Source of the DNA: Bacilli bacterium
Lineage (GTDB): Bacteria > Bacillota_I > Bacilli_A > RF39 > UBA660
Direction of reading: 5' to 3'
NCBI GenBank assembly: GCA_017622175.1
Contig: JAGARQ010000016.1
Location: 26 to 64,025, forward strand
Length of the DNA: 64,000 bases
Shown: in pieces, positions 1 through 9,199 of the stretch
How positions within the stretch are numbered: the stretch's first letter is position 1
Layout: every line of letters starts with the position of its first letter
Notes under the pieces: generated by a model
Seen by the model: the letters and a program-made list of their open reading frames with translations, nothing else
Database searches by the model: none
What the model was told of the DNA's origin: nothing
Program-made: the position numbers and the translations under genes

Positions 1-298
1 GTCTTTTATCAGTAGTTCTAACAAAACGATCATAACTAGTATTCATTAAATCCCAAATGCGTTTAATTTCACCTGCAACATCATCTACAAATGCTTGAGG
101 TTCAACTCCAGCTGCTGCTGCTTTTTCTTCAATTTTAATACCGTGTTCATCAGTTCCAGTTTGAAAATATACATCATAACCTTTTAATCTCTTCCATCTT
201 GCAATAGCATCAGCTAAAACAATTTCATAAGTATTACCAATATGTGGTTTTCCTGATGTATAAGCAATTGCAGTTGAAATATAATACTTTTCTGCCAT
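1..298 (-). CDS. metG: methionine--tRNA ligase, N-terminal fragment (rest of gene lies beyond the window start)
   Basis: Reverse-strand translation from ATG at 296-298 gives MAEKYYISTAIAYTSGKPHIGNTYEIVLADAIARWKRLKGYDVYFQTGTDEHGIKIEEKA. This is a class I aaRS HIGH-type motif with a MetRS-like N-terminus. An AGGGAG RBS and a T-box leader lie upstream. Confidence 0.85.
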   Translation of the reverse strand, partial: MAEKYYISTAIAYTSGKPHIGNTYEIVLADAIARWKRLKGYDVYFQTGTDEHGIKIEEKAAAAGVEPQAFVDDVAGEIKRIWDLMNTSYDRFVRTTDKR

Positions 299-330
299 AA
301 AATTCACTCCCTTTAATTATTTTCAATATC

Positions 331-530
331 AAAAAAAAATTACTACGACATAAGGACGATATATAATCGCGGTACCACCTTATTTCATAATAATTTGATA
401 TTACACACTTAAATAGTTAACGCCTATCTACGACTATACCTACATATCGATATAGTAGTTCAGAAGCCATATCATATAACTTAATTTATTCCTCGCTTTC
501 ACCTTACCGAGGTCTCTAAAAATAAACTTT
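331..530 (-). promoter_or_regulatory. T-box leader (tRNA-sensing riboswitch) with terminator/antiterminator, controlling metG
   Basis: The reverse strand shows AGAGA and GGTAAGGTGAAAGC stem-I-like elements (about 500-527). ATG codons sit in the likely specifier region (467-476). The canonical T-box sequence AGGTGGTACCGCG is at 368-380. A terminator helix TACCGCGA/TCGTAGTA is followed by T9 (331-339). Confidence 0.75.
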
Positions 531-592
531 TCATTATAGACTCTTCATCAAAACATTTAAAAAGTTACGGACTTAATATAACATAAAAAAAA

Positions 593-1123
593 TTAATCTT
601 CAACATATTTTCCCAAAAAATGTGTAATCATATTACTAATATTTATATCAAATTCAGAAATATCACTATTTAATGAAAGTACGATAACAGCACCAACTAC
701 ATCTCCAAAACATAAAATTGGATTAATAATATAAGAATACTTTTCATCAATATTATTCAAAATAGTTATAGAACTCAAATTTTTTTCAACATACAAATGT
801 CCACTTAAAATATTAGAACTTATCTCTTTTGATAGTTCTTTATTTAAATATTTCTTTTTAAACTCTCCACTTCCACTAACAATAAAATCCCTGTCGCATA
901 TTAAAACAGTTTTATTAATTAAACCACTAGCAACATCACCTAATTTTTTAGATATTTCTCCTAAATCAGAAACCTTTGAAAATTTCTTCAAAAAAATTAT
1001 ATTATTATCTACAAAAATCTCCAATTCCTCACCATCTCTAATTTTTAAAGTACGTCTTATTTCCTTTGGAATAACAATTCTTCCTAAATCATCTACTCTT
1101 CTTACTACTCCTGTTGACTTCAT
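593..1123 (-). CDS. spoVT: stage V sporulation protein T (AbrB-type N-terminal domain plus GAF-like C-terminal domain)
   Basis: MKSTGVVRRVDDLGRIVIPKEIRRTLKIRDGEELEIFVD closely matches my recollection of B. subtilis SpoVT, and the length (176 aa) fits. It lies downstream of mfd, as in Bacillus. I chose the ATG at 1123 because the ORF-track GTG lies inside the GTGGGGA RBS. Confidence 0.85.
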   Translation of the reverse strand: MKSTGVVRRVDDLGRIVIPKEIRRTLKIRDGEELEIFVDNNIIFLKKFSKVSDLGEISKKLGDVASGLINKTVLICDRDFIVSGSGEFKKKYLNKELSKEISSNILSGHLYVEKNLSSITILNNIDEKYSYIINPILCFGDVVGAVIVLSLNSDISEFDINISNMITHFLGKYVED

Positions 1124-1150
1124 ATTATTCCCCACTTTCTCTAAATTTAT

Positions 1151-1166
1151 TATTTCCCGGGAAATA
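1151..1166. promoter_or_regulatory. Noc-binding site (NBS), perfect palindrome TATTTCCCGGGAAATA
   Basis: Exact match to the published B. subtilis NBS core ATTTCCCGGGAAAT. It lies in the 60-bp spacer between the ZIP transporter stop and the spoVT start. Confidence 0.6.
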
Positions 1167-1195
1167 TTTTTTATACAAAAATCAAAAACAAATAA

Positions 1196-1954
1196 TTAAC
1201 CTAACGTAATATCTAAAATCATCATAACTGAAAAACCAATAATTATACTTATAATTCCCCAAAAAGATTTACTACCATCATGCATTTCTGGAACAAGTTC
1301 TTCAAAAACAACATATATCATTGCACCTGCTGCAAATGCTAACAAGTATGGCAATAAAGGTACAACTACATTAATAAGTGTAATAGTTATTAATGAAGCA
1401 ATTGGTTCAACAACACCAGACATTACACCCGTAAAAAAAGCTTTTTTCTTAGAAACACCATCTAACTTCATTGGCATCGAAATAATAGCACCTTCGGGAA
1501 TATTCTGAATAGCAATACCTAAAGCTAATATAATTGCACTAAGTAAACTAACCTCTATATTACCAGATAATACACTAGCAAAACATACTCCAACAGCCAT
1601 TCCTTCTGGGATATTATGAAGAGTAACAGAAAACATTAACATATTAATACCCTTACCACTATTATTTTGAATTCTATCAGATATCTTATGAACAAAAATT
1701 AAAAATAATACACCCAAAAATAAACCAATTACAGCAGGGATCCATACCACTTTATAATTTGATTCTGCCATTTCAACAGATGGTATTATAAGTGACCAAA
1801 TACTAGCAGCTATCATAACTCCACTTGCAAAGCCAGTCATTACCTTCTGAAAGTTTGGGTTAATTTCTTTCTTTAAGAAAAAAACAAAAAAACTACCTAA
1901 ACAAGTACCAATAAATGGTATTAATATTCCTAACATACAATAAAACAAAATCAT
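1196..1954 (-). CDS. ZIP family divalent-metal (zinc) transporter
   Basis: Polytopic membrane protein of 252 aa with the paired HNIPEG and QNIPEG motifs typical of ZupT/GufA-type ZIP transporters. A GGAGG RBS precedes the start. Confidence 0.85.
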   Translation of the reverse strand: MILFYCMLGILIPFIGTCLGSFFVFFLKKEINPNFQKVMTGFASGVMIAASIWSLIIPSVEMAESNYKVVWIPAVIGLFLGVLFLIFVHKISDRIQNNSGKGINMLMFSVTLHNIPEGMAVGVCFASVLSGNIEVSLLSAIILALGIAIQNIPEGAIISMPMKLDGVSKKKAFFTGVMSGVVEPIASLITITLINVVVPLLPYLLAFAAGAMIYVVFEELVPEMHDGSKSFWGIISIIIGFSVMMILDITLG

Positions 1955-2002
1955 TTAAATTCCTCCGCTATCATATCGTATGTAAAATAATAATTAATGT
2001 CA

Positions 2003-2025
2003 CAAAAAAGAGACCTAAGTCTCTT
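2003..2025 (-). terminator. rho-independent terminator after the 222-aa hypothetical gene
   Basis: Reverse strand reads AAGAGAC-TTAG-GTCTCTT followed by a T-run. It overlaps the stop codon. Confidence 0.6.
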
Positions 2026-2692
2026 AATTATCTTCTTGTTTAAAAATTCTTGAATTAGCTAAAGTAAATAAATATCTTTCTCCATGTTCCTTAACACTAT
2101 TAGCTAATGTTGTATCTTTAACAAGAGTTTTAAAATCAATATTTTCAAGTAATTGTCTTTGATAAGAACCTTTTACAAACTTAATAACCTCATCACTAAT
2201 TTTCTTTTTAATATTTTCATCTACTTCATTAAAAAAAACAGACGAAATATCTTTAACGAATTTTTTTTCAACAGCTTCTTGAAGCTGCTCTTTCATAATT
2301 TTCTTTAGATTTTTATTAATATCATTAAACTCTTTTTTATTTATTTTAATAATATCTGTATCTTTCAATAACGTAATTTCTGAAATAGCTTTCTCTAGAG
2401 TATCAACTCTAGTTTTCTTTATTTTATCACAACATTTAATAACTTCTTTACGATAACCATCCAACAGTTCATCCAACTTCAATGTATCTAAAACTATTTT
2501 ATTTTTTTTAGCTAAATCTAAAAATTTAGATTTGATTGAATCCATAGAGTCAAGCGGTGGTTTTCTTAGTAAAGACATTATATCTTCATTTACTAATACA
2601 TCAGTATTATTATGAATAATTTCAATAATCGATTGCTTATAGTTATCTAAATGTTGTTTTTTTATTTCTTCTAATGCATCTACCATTCTCAT
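2024..2692 (-). CDS. hypothetical protein, Lys/Glu-rich, probably coiled-coil
   Basis: Long ORF with an AGGAG RBS before the ATG at 2692 and its own terminator. I do not recognise any motif. Confidence 0.6.
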   Translation of the reverse strand: MRMVDALEEIKKQHLDNYKQSIIEIIHNNTDVLVNEDIMSLLRKPPLDSMDSIKSKFLDLAKKNKIVLDTLKLDELLDGYRKEVIKCCDKIKKTRVDTLEKAISEITLLKDTDIIKINKKEFNDINKNLKKIMKEQLQEAVEKKFVKDISSVFFNEVDENIKKKISDEVIKFVKGSYQRQLLENIDFKTLVKDTTLANSVKEHGERYLFTLANSRIFKQEDN

Positions 2693-2733
2693 CTTCACTC
2701 CTAGCATATTAACTTTAACAAGAATTTAAATCA

Positions 2734-5700
2734 TTAGTCAATGTTTTTTCCAAATTTCTCAAAAATTTTATCAAGAAGTTCTACCAAATAATAAACTGGA
2801 TGTTTCTCTAACTTAATAATATCAAGAACAATAACTAAATTACTTCCTCTGCTAATAAATCTAAACATATTAGATACTTGAAATGCATCCATAAACAACT
2901 CTTCAGTATCCATCTTAGCCACAACATCCATTGGGAAAACTAATTCAATAGAATTCTTGGTTTGATGAACATTACTGATTTTTACTTTAGTTGCTAGCTT
3001 TTCAAACCATTCTTCATACATATAAATAATTATATCTTCATTAATTCTACCAAATCTATCTTCCAGTTCAGTCTTAACCTCATTAAATTTTTCTTTTGAG
3101 TCAATTTCATTAATCTTTCTATGAATTTCAATTTTTAATTCATCCTCACTAACATATGAATCATCAATATGTGTTGTAACACTTAATAATGGCGGCTTAT
3201 CAACTTCATCTTCTTCAATTTCTAACGTAATATTTTTCTTTCTAGCAACCTCATCATTTAACATTTTCAAATACAAATCAATTCCAACAGAATCAATAAA
3301 CCCAGCTTGTTCACTACCTAAAATATCACCAGCTCCTCGAATTGATAAATCACGAGTAGCAATAGAAAATCCACTTCCGAGTTCAGTAAACTCTTTAATT
3401 ACATTTAATCTTTTTACAGCAGTTTCAGATAAAGACTTAAATGGTTGATACATAAGATAAGCATAAGCAAACTTATCTCCTCTACCAACACGTCCTCTAA
3501 TTTGATATAACTGACTTAATCCAAAATGGTCTGCATCCATAATAATTAAAGTATTAACATTAGGAATATCAATACCTGTTTCAATAATAGTCGTACACAC
3601 CAAAACATCGTATTCATGATTAGTAAAATCTAAAATAACATTTTCTAACTCATTTTTTGTCATCTGACCATGAGCAATCGCAATACGTGCCTCTGGAACA
3701 AGATTTTGTATTCTACTACGCTCTTCTTCTATTGATTGAACTCTATTATATAAAATAAATACTTGACCATTTCTTGATAATTCTTTATATATAGCATCTT
3801 TAATAATTTGTTTATTCTCTTCAACAACATAAGTTTGAACAGGATATCTATTCATTGGAGGAGTTTCAATAAGAGATAAACTTCTTATACCAACAAGCGA
3901 CATTTGAAGAGTTCTAGGTATTGGTGTAGCTGTAAGAGTCAATACATCAACATTTGTTTTATACTGTTTAATTTTCTCCTTATGAGCAACTCCAAATCTT
4001 TGTTCTTCGTCAATTACCAATAAGCCTAAATCTTTAAGTTTAACATCATCACTTAACAATCTATGTGTACCAAATACCATATCAATAGTTCCATCTTTTA
4101 ACCCATCAAGAATTCTTTTTGCTTCCTTAGGTGTAGTAAATCTATTTAATAAACCAATTGAAACAGGAAAATTCTTAAATCTTAACTTTGCATTCTCATA
4201 ATGTTGATTCGAAAGAATTGTAGTTGGACAAAGAAACAATACTTGTTTAGAATCAAGAATCGCTTTAAATGCAGCAACAAAGGCAACCTCAGTCTTCCCA
4301 AATCCAACATCACCACATAAAAGTCTATCCATAGGTACTGGACATTCCATATCAGATTTTATCTGATTTATTGCTTGAACCTGATCCTTAGTTAGCTCAT
4401 AAGGAAAATCTTGTTCAAAATCAAAAGACATATCACAATCAGGTGAAAATGCAAATCCTCTTCTTGCCTCTCTTTCAGCATATAATGCAAGTAACTGATC
4501 TGCCATATCATTTACTTTACTCTTAACTCTAGCCTTAGTTTTATTCCACTCATTTCCTCCTAATTTATTAATTTTAGGAGCAGCACCCTCTTTTCCAGAA
4601 TATTTAGAAAGTAAATCAATTTTTTCAACAGGAATATAAATCTTATCAGTACCTTGATATAACACCTCTAAATAATCCTTAGAAATACCATTAAGAGTAA
4701 GTATTTTTATACCATTATAAACACCAATTCCATGAATATTATGAACAACATAATCACCAACACTAAGTTTATTAACATCTTTTATGCCAACAGAATATTT
4801 AAACTTAGTTTTATATTTCTTCTTATTATTGTTATTTAAAAATAATTCATTAGATGATAAAACAACCAAATTATTATAAATAAAACCTTGATTTACTTCT
4901 TTTTCTATTAAGTTAACCATACCTAATTTAATATCATTAAAAGAACTTTCCACAACCTTCATATTAAGGATTTTTATAATACTTCTAAGTTGATGTTGTT
5001 TTAAACAAATAAGTACAGTTTTTCCATTATCCATTTCTTTTCTAATAAAATTATTAATATTTTCTACATTTTCAGAGAAGTTATTGATTGTTCTAACACC
5101 AAAATTAGTAAGTTCTGAAATATGTTTATTATTAACAACATTATTAATAGACATATAATATATAGGAAAATCAGACTTAATTTCATCTAAATCAAACATA
5201 TATTTTCCATTAAAGCTAGTATCCTTACTTTCCTTGTAAGTAACAACTTCTTCCATAATATGTGAATAACTAAACTCTAATTGTTCATAATCCTTAAACA
5301 CAGTAATAGTATCGTCTAAATAATCAACAATAGACTCTACATTACCAAATTCAGATAAATACTTTTGTTTACCAAACTTATCATCAGGAACATCAGAAGA
5401 AGTTATAAATTCAAAATATGGTTTAATAAAAATACTTTTAATATTTTCCAATGATTTTTGTGTTTCAGAATCAAAAACTCTTATAGAATCAATCTCATCA
5501 TCAAAAAATTCAATACGAATTGGATTTTCCTCATCAACTGGAAAAACATCAACAATAAACCCACGTACACCGAACTCTCCAGTCTTTGTAACAATTGTAT
5601 CCCTAGTATAACCACTTGAAATCAATTTACTAACCAAAGATTGAGGACTTATAATAGATCCAACTTTTAACTCTAATATAAAATCTTTATATGTTTTCTT

Positions 5701-6051
5701 TGCAGGTAAAAAACGTAAATAACCCATTAAATTAGTTATAACAACTAATGGATTTCCTTTTACAATCTCATTTATAGTTTCAAGTCTAGTAATTTGTAAA
5801 TCTGGACTAACTGCTAAAGCTTCACTTGTAAGAAAATCATCCATAGGAAATAAACAACAATTATCATTATAATTTTTCATTATTGAATAAAGTTGATTTG
5901 CTTCATATAAGGAATTAACTACAACTAAAATATTTCTATGATATTTTTCAAAAATATTATTTAAATATACACAAAAAAACTCATCGGTAAGACCAGCTAT
6001 ACCCATGTCTTTTTTTATATCAACATTAATAAATTGATCAAATAACCCCAT
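2734..6051 (-). CDS. mfd: transcription-repair coupling factor
   Basis: 1105 aa. Superfamily 2 helicase motifs GDVGFGKTEVA, DEEQRFG and TATPIPRT, plus a CarD-like segment (GDYVVHNIHGIGVY). It lies downstream of pth, as in Bacillus. Confidence 0.95.
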   Translation of the reverse strand: MGLFDQFINVDIKKDMGIAGLTDEFFCVYLNNIFEKYHRNILVVVNSLYEANQLYSIMKNYNDNCCLFPMDDFLTSEALAVSPDLQITRLETINEIVKGNPLVVITNLMGYLRFLPAKKTYKDFILELKVGSIISPQSLVSKLISSGYTRDTIVTKTGEFGVRGFIVDVFPVDEENPIRIEFFDDEIDSIRVFDSETQKSLENIKSIFIKPYFEFITSSDVPDDKFGKQKYLSEFGNVESIVDYLDDTITVFKDYEQLEFSYSHIMEEVVTYKESKDTSFNGKYMFDLDEIKSDFPIYYMSINNVVNNKHISELTNFGVRTINNFSENVENINNFIRKEMDNGKTVLICLKQHQLRSIIKILNMKVVESSFNDIKLGMVNLIEKEVNQGFIYNNLVVLSSNELFLNNNNKKKYKTKFKYSVGIKDVNKLSVGDYVVHNIHGIGVYNGIKILTLNGISKDYLEVLYQGTDKIYIPVEKIDLLSKYSGKEGAAPKINKLGGNEWNKTKARVKSKVNDMADQLLALYAEREARRGFAFSPDCDMSFDFEQDFPYELTKDQVQAINQIKSDMECPVPMDRLLCGDVGFGKTEVAFVAAFKAILDSKQVLFLCPTTILSNQHYENAKLRFKNFPVSIGLLNRFTTPKEAKRILDGLKDGTIDMVFGTHRLLSDDVKLKDLGLLVIDEEQRFGVAHKEKIKQYKTNVDVLTLTATPIPRTLQMSLVGIRSLSLIETPPMNRYPVQTYVVEENKQIIKDAIYKELSRNGQVFILYNRVQSIEEERSRIQNLVPEARIAIAHGQMTKNELENVILDFTNHEYDVLVCTTIIETGIDIPNVNTLIIMDADHFGLSQLYQIRGRVGRGDKFAYAYLMYQPFKSLSETAVKRLNVIKEFTELGSGFSIATRDLSIRGAGDILGSEQAGFIDSVGIDLYLKMLNDEVARKKNITLEIEEDEVDKPPLLSVTTHIDDSYVSEDELKIEIHRKINEIDSKEKFNEVKTELEDRFGRINEDIIIYMYEEWFEKLATKVKISNVHQTKNSIELVFPMDVVAKMDTEELFMDAFQVSNMFRFISRGSNLVIVLDIIKLEKHPVYYLVELLDKIFEKFGKNID

Positions 6052-6055
6052 CTAA

Positions 6056-6625
6056 TCACCTATTCTTACTGTTGTATTTACTCATTAAATCACCAAATGA
6101 TAATACAAAAAAATCATCGATAACATCAACAAATGTATTAAAAAGTTCATCATAAATCTTCATATCATCCTTAGAAATTTTTCCAAGAACATAATCCTTA
6201 GTATCAATATCTTTATCTTTAGAAATACCCACTTTTAACCTTTTGTATTCAGCAGTCCCTAAACATCTTTCAATATCTCTTAAACCATTATGACCACCAC
6301 AAGAACCTTTACTTTTTAACTTATAATTACCAGTTAAAAGATCTAAATCATCAGATATTACCATAATATCATCTACAGATAATTTATAGAAATTAACAAA
6401 TTGACTAACAACACTACCAGACAAATTCATATATGAAAGTGGTTTTAAGAAAATAACCTTTTCACCTTTAATATTTGTTTCAAGATAAGAACCATTAAAT
6501 TTATTTTTCCAATTATCCATGATACATTTTTTTGAAATATAATAATCCACAGCCATAAAACCAATATTATGTCTAGTATTTTCATACTCTTTACCGGGAT
6601 TTCCTAATCCAACTATTAATTTCAT
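6056..6625 (-). CDS. pth: peptidyl-tRNA hydrolase
   Basis: MKLIVGLGNPGKEYENTRHNIGF and GGHNGLRDI motifs. I chose the ATG at 6625, which follows an AAAGGTGA RBS. Confidence 0.95.
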   Translation of the reverse strand: MKLIVGLGNPGKEYENTRHNIGFMAVDYYISKKCIMDNWKNKFNGSYLETNIKGEKVIFLKPLSYMNLSGSVVSQFVNFYKLSVDDIMVISDDLDLLTGNYKLKSKGSCGGHNGLRDIERCLGTAEYKRLKVGISKDKDIDTKDYVLGKISKDDMKIYDELFNTFVDVIDDFFVLSFGDLMSKYNSKNR

Positions 6626-6630
6626 AAAAA

Positions 6631-6831
6631 TCACCTTTTCTTTACTTTTTCAACAATATTTGCAATATCTTCATTTTTTTTACTGAAAATAGACATACCT
6701 GGACATATTTCCAAATTTTTAATATTTTCAGTATTTAAACTATAACTTGAATCAAAGGAACCATCCCATCTAGAGACCCAACTTCTTATGATTCCTACTC
6801 TCAGCCCATGAGGATTTACTTTATGAGTCAT
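6631..6831 (-). CDS. small protein (66 aa) resembling the N-terminus of ribosomal protein S3
   Basis: MTHKVNPHGLRVGIIRSWVSRW resembles the S3 N-terminus (B. subtilis [21 protein letters not shown], from memory). A strong AAGGGGA RBS sits 6 nt upstream. Its TGA stop is embedded in the pth RBS. Confidence 0.5.
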   Translation of the reverse strand: MTHKVNPHGLRVGIIRSWVSRWDGSFDSSYSLNTENIKNLEICPGMSIFSKKNEDIANIVEKVKKR

Positions 6832-6832
6832 A

Positions 6833-7678
6833 CTAATTCCCCTTACTATTATGATATTCACTATAAATAATAGACTTAGCAATATCACGTTCTTTTGCTA
6901 CTAATTTGATTGCATCTTTTTCAGACATACCATCATCAACATACAACATGACATGTTCTACAATTGACATGTGAGAATAATCAACGACTTCATGATTACC
7001 TTCTACAACTAGAACAAATTCACCTTTTAAAGAATCTGCAACATTAATTAAATTACTAATCCTATCTCGTAATATTTCCTCATGTATCTTTGAAATTTCC
7101 CTACTTATACTAATAAAGCGATTTCCAAAAACATCAAGCATTGCTTCTAAAGTATCTTTAAGTCGATGAGGAGCCTCATAAAAAATCATAGTATATTTAA
7201 AATTTGCTAAAGATTCTAACTCTTTTTTCTTTTTAGATTCTTTTGAATTTAAAAAGCCATAAAACATAAATGGAGACGGATCAATACCAGAAGTTGTAAG
7301 TGCTGGAACAAATGCAGTAGCTCCAGGTAAACTAATAACATTAAAGCCAGCTTTAATAACTTCTTTAGCAACAATATAACCAGGATCACTAATAATAGGT
7401 GTACCTTGGTCAGTCACTAAACCAATATTTAAACCATTCTTTAATTCATCAACAACATAGCTTCTTACTTTATCTTCATTAAACTCATGACAACTAATCA
7501 ATCTCTTTTTTATATTATATTTGCTTAAAAGTTTACCAGTTTCACGAGTATCTTCACATAAAACAAAGTCAACAGACTCTAAAGTTTTAAGTGCTCTAAC
7601 AGTTATATCATCTAAATTTCCAATTGGGGTTGGTATTAAATATAAACTAGCACTATCATCATAACTTTTTTGATTCAT
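6833..7678 (-). CDS. rsmI: 16S rRNA (cytidine1402-2'-O)-methyltransferase
   Basis: LYLIPTPIGNLDDITVRALKTL and EDTR motifs of the tetrapyrrole-methylase-fold RsmI/YabC family. Confidence 0.9.
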   Translation of the reverse strand: MNQKSYDDSASLYLIPTPIGNLDDITVRALKTLESVDFVLCEDTRETGKLLSKYNIKKRLISCHEFNEDKVRSYVVDELKNGLNIGLVTDQGTPIISDPGYIVAKEVIKAGFNVISLPGATAFVPALTTSGIDPSPFMFYGFLNSKESKKKKELESLANFKYTMIFYEAPHRLKDTLEAMLDVFGNRFISISREISKIHEEILRDRISNLINVADSLKGEFVLVVEGNHEVVDYSHMSIVEHVMLYVDDGMSEKDAIKLVAKERDIAKSIIYSEYHNSKGN

Positions 7679-8406
7679 TATCTCACTTCTTCCTGCAATA
7701 AAGCATAATCTTTTGTAATTGTTCCATCTTCATTATACATAATAATTGGATTTTCTATCTTTAAGCCTTCATTTCCATTTTTTTGTCCTTCAATTAAAAC
7801 TAAAGTAGAACCTTTAGAAACTTTTTCATATACAAATTGAATCCTCTTAGGCTCAATAGAGTTTTTTCTAAATTCCAATAATATTTCCATTAGTCGCTCA
7901 GGTCTATGTACTATAGCAAAATTACCATTATTTTTCAATAATTTTTTAGCACAAACTAATAGATCTGCTAAATTAATTTCAACCTCATGTCTAGCAACCA
8001 TCTTCTCATAACTATCATTAAAGTAATTTTTATCATTTACTTTAAAATAAGGTGGATTACAAGTTATTAAATCAAAACTATCAAAAAAATTACTATTTGC
8101 AAAATCCTTCATATTCATATTAATAATATTTATTTTATCAGATAGTCCATTATAATCTACAGACCTTTTAGCCATATCATAGAGTTTTTCTTGAATTTCA
8201 ACACCTATTATTTTCTTATCTGTTCTAAGAGATAGAATAAGTGGAATAACTCCATTACCACATCCTAAATCAGCAATCAATTTATCTCTTAATCTAATTG
8301 TTGCAAAATTTGCTAACATGATACTATCTAAAGAAAAAGAAAAACAATCATTATCTTGAAATATTTTTCTGTTTTTATATCCTAATATATCATTTAGAAC
8401 TTCCAT
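7678..8406 (-). CDS. tRNA (adenine37-N6)-methyltransferase-like SAM-dependent methyltransferase (YabB/TrmN6 family)
   Basis: DLGCGNG SAM-binding motif and NPPY catalytic motif (CNPPYFKV). It occupies the position of B. subtilis yabB, upstream of rsmI. Confidence 0.75.
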   Translation of the reverse strand: MEVLNDILGYKNRKIFQDNDCFSFSLDSIMLANFATIRLRDKLIADLGCGNGVIPLILSLRTDKKIIGVEIQEKLYDMAKRSVDYNGLSDKINIINMNMKDFANSNFFDSFDLITCNPPYFKVNDKNYFNDSYEKMVARHEVEINLADLLVCAKKLLKNNGNFAIVHRPERLMEILLEFRKNSIEPKRIQFVYEKVSKGSTLVLIEGQKNGNEGLKIENPIIMYNEDGTITKDYALLQEEVR

Positions 8407-9196
8407 TTTTCAAATCATCCTTTGAAAATTCAACAATACCCTTTTCTTTTAAATCAACAGAGTAAGTCTTTTTAAATACATCAACAGAAACAACTTTACC
8501 CATACCCATTGGAGTATCAGCAACCATACCAATTTTAGGCAAATCTTTCTTAAGTTCTGTATAAACATCGTTTTCATAGTCTAAGCAACATAATAGTCTT
8601 CCACATACACCATTAATTTTAGAAGGATTTAAAGCTAAAAACTGATTTTTTGCCATATTAATAGATACACTATTAAAATCAGTTAAAAAAGAATTACAAC
8701 ATAAGAACAATCCACAAGGACCTAAACCACCTATTTTCTTCGATTTATCTCTTACACCAATTTGTCTAAGTTCAATTCTTGTTTTATATTTTTGTGCTAA
8801 CTTTTTAGCAAGTTCTCTAAAATCAACTCTATTTTCAGATAAGAATGAAAATACCAATTGAGATTTATCCAAACTATAATATGCCTCTACAAAATTCATA
8901 TCTAAATCTAATTCTTTACTTAACTTTCTAGCATCTTTTAATGCTTTTTCAGTATTTTTTTCATTGTCAACAAAATTCTTAAAATCATCTTCACTAGCAA
9001 GTCTTATAACTTTTGAAAGAGGTAAATCCAAATTTTCCTGTTTTTCTTTATAAACATCCTTACAAACCTCACCTAATTGTAAACCATTCTCAGTTTCAAA
9101 AACAACTAAATTACCTTTTACTAAATCCAACATATTTGGAGAAACATAATAAATGCCCTTAGTTGCTTTTAATCTTACCACTACTACATCAATCAT
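8390..9196 (-). CDS. ricT: PSP1-domain stage 0 sporulation protein (YaaT/RicT family)
   Basis: Cys-rich PSP1 domain (GPCGLFLCC, CGRLLCC). It lies downstream of holB, as in Bacillus. Confidence 0.85.
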   Translation of the reverse strand: MIDVVVVRLKATKGIYYVSPNMLDLVKGNLVVFETENGLQLGEVCKDVYKEKQENLDLPLSKVIRLASEDDFKNFVDNEKNTEKALKDARKLSKELDLDMNFVEAYYSLDKSQLVFSFLSENRVDFRELAKKLAQKYKTRIELRQIGVRDKSKKIGGLGPCGLFLCCNSFLTDFNSVSINMAKNQFLALNPSKINGVCGRLLCCLDYENDVYTELKKDLPKIGMVADTPMGMGKVVSVDVFKKTYSVDLKEKGIVEFSKDDLKNGSSK

Positions 9197-9199
9197 AAA

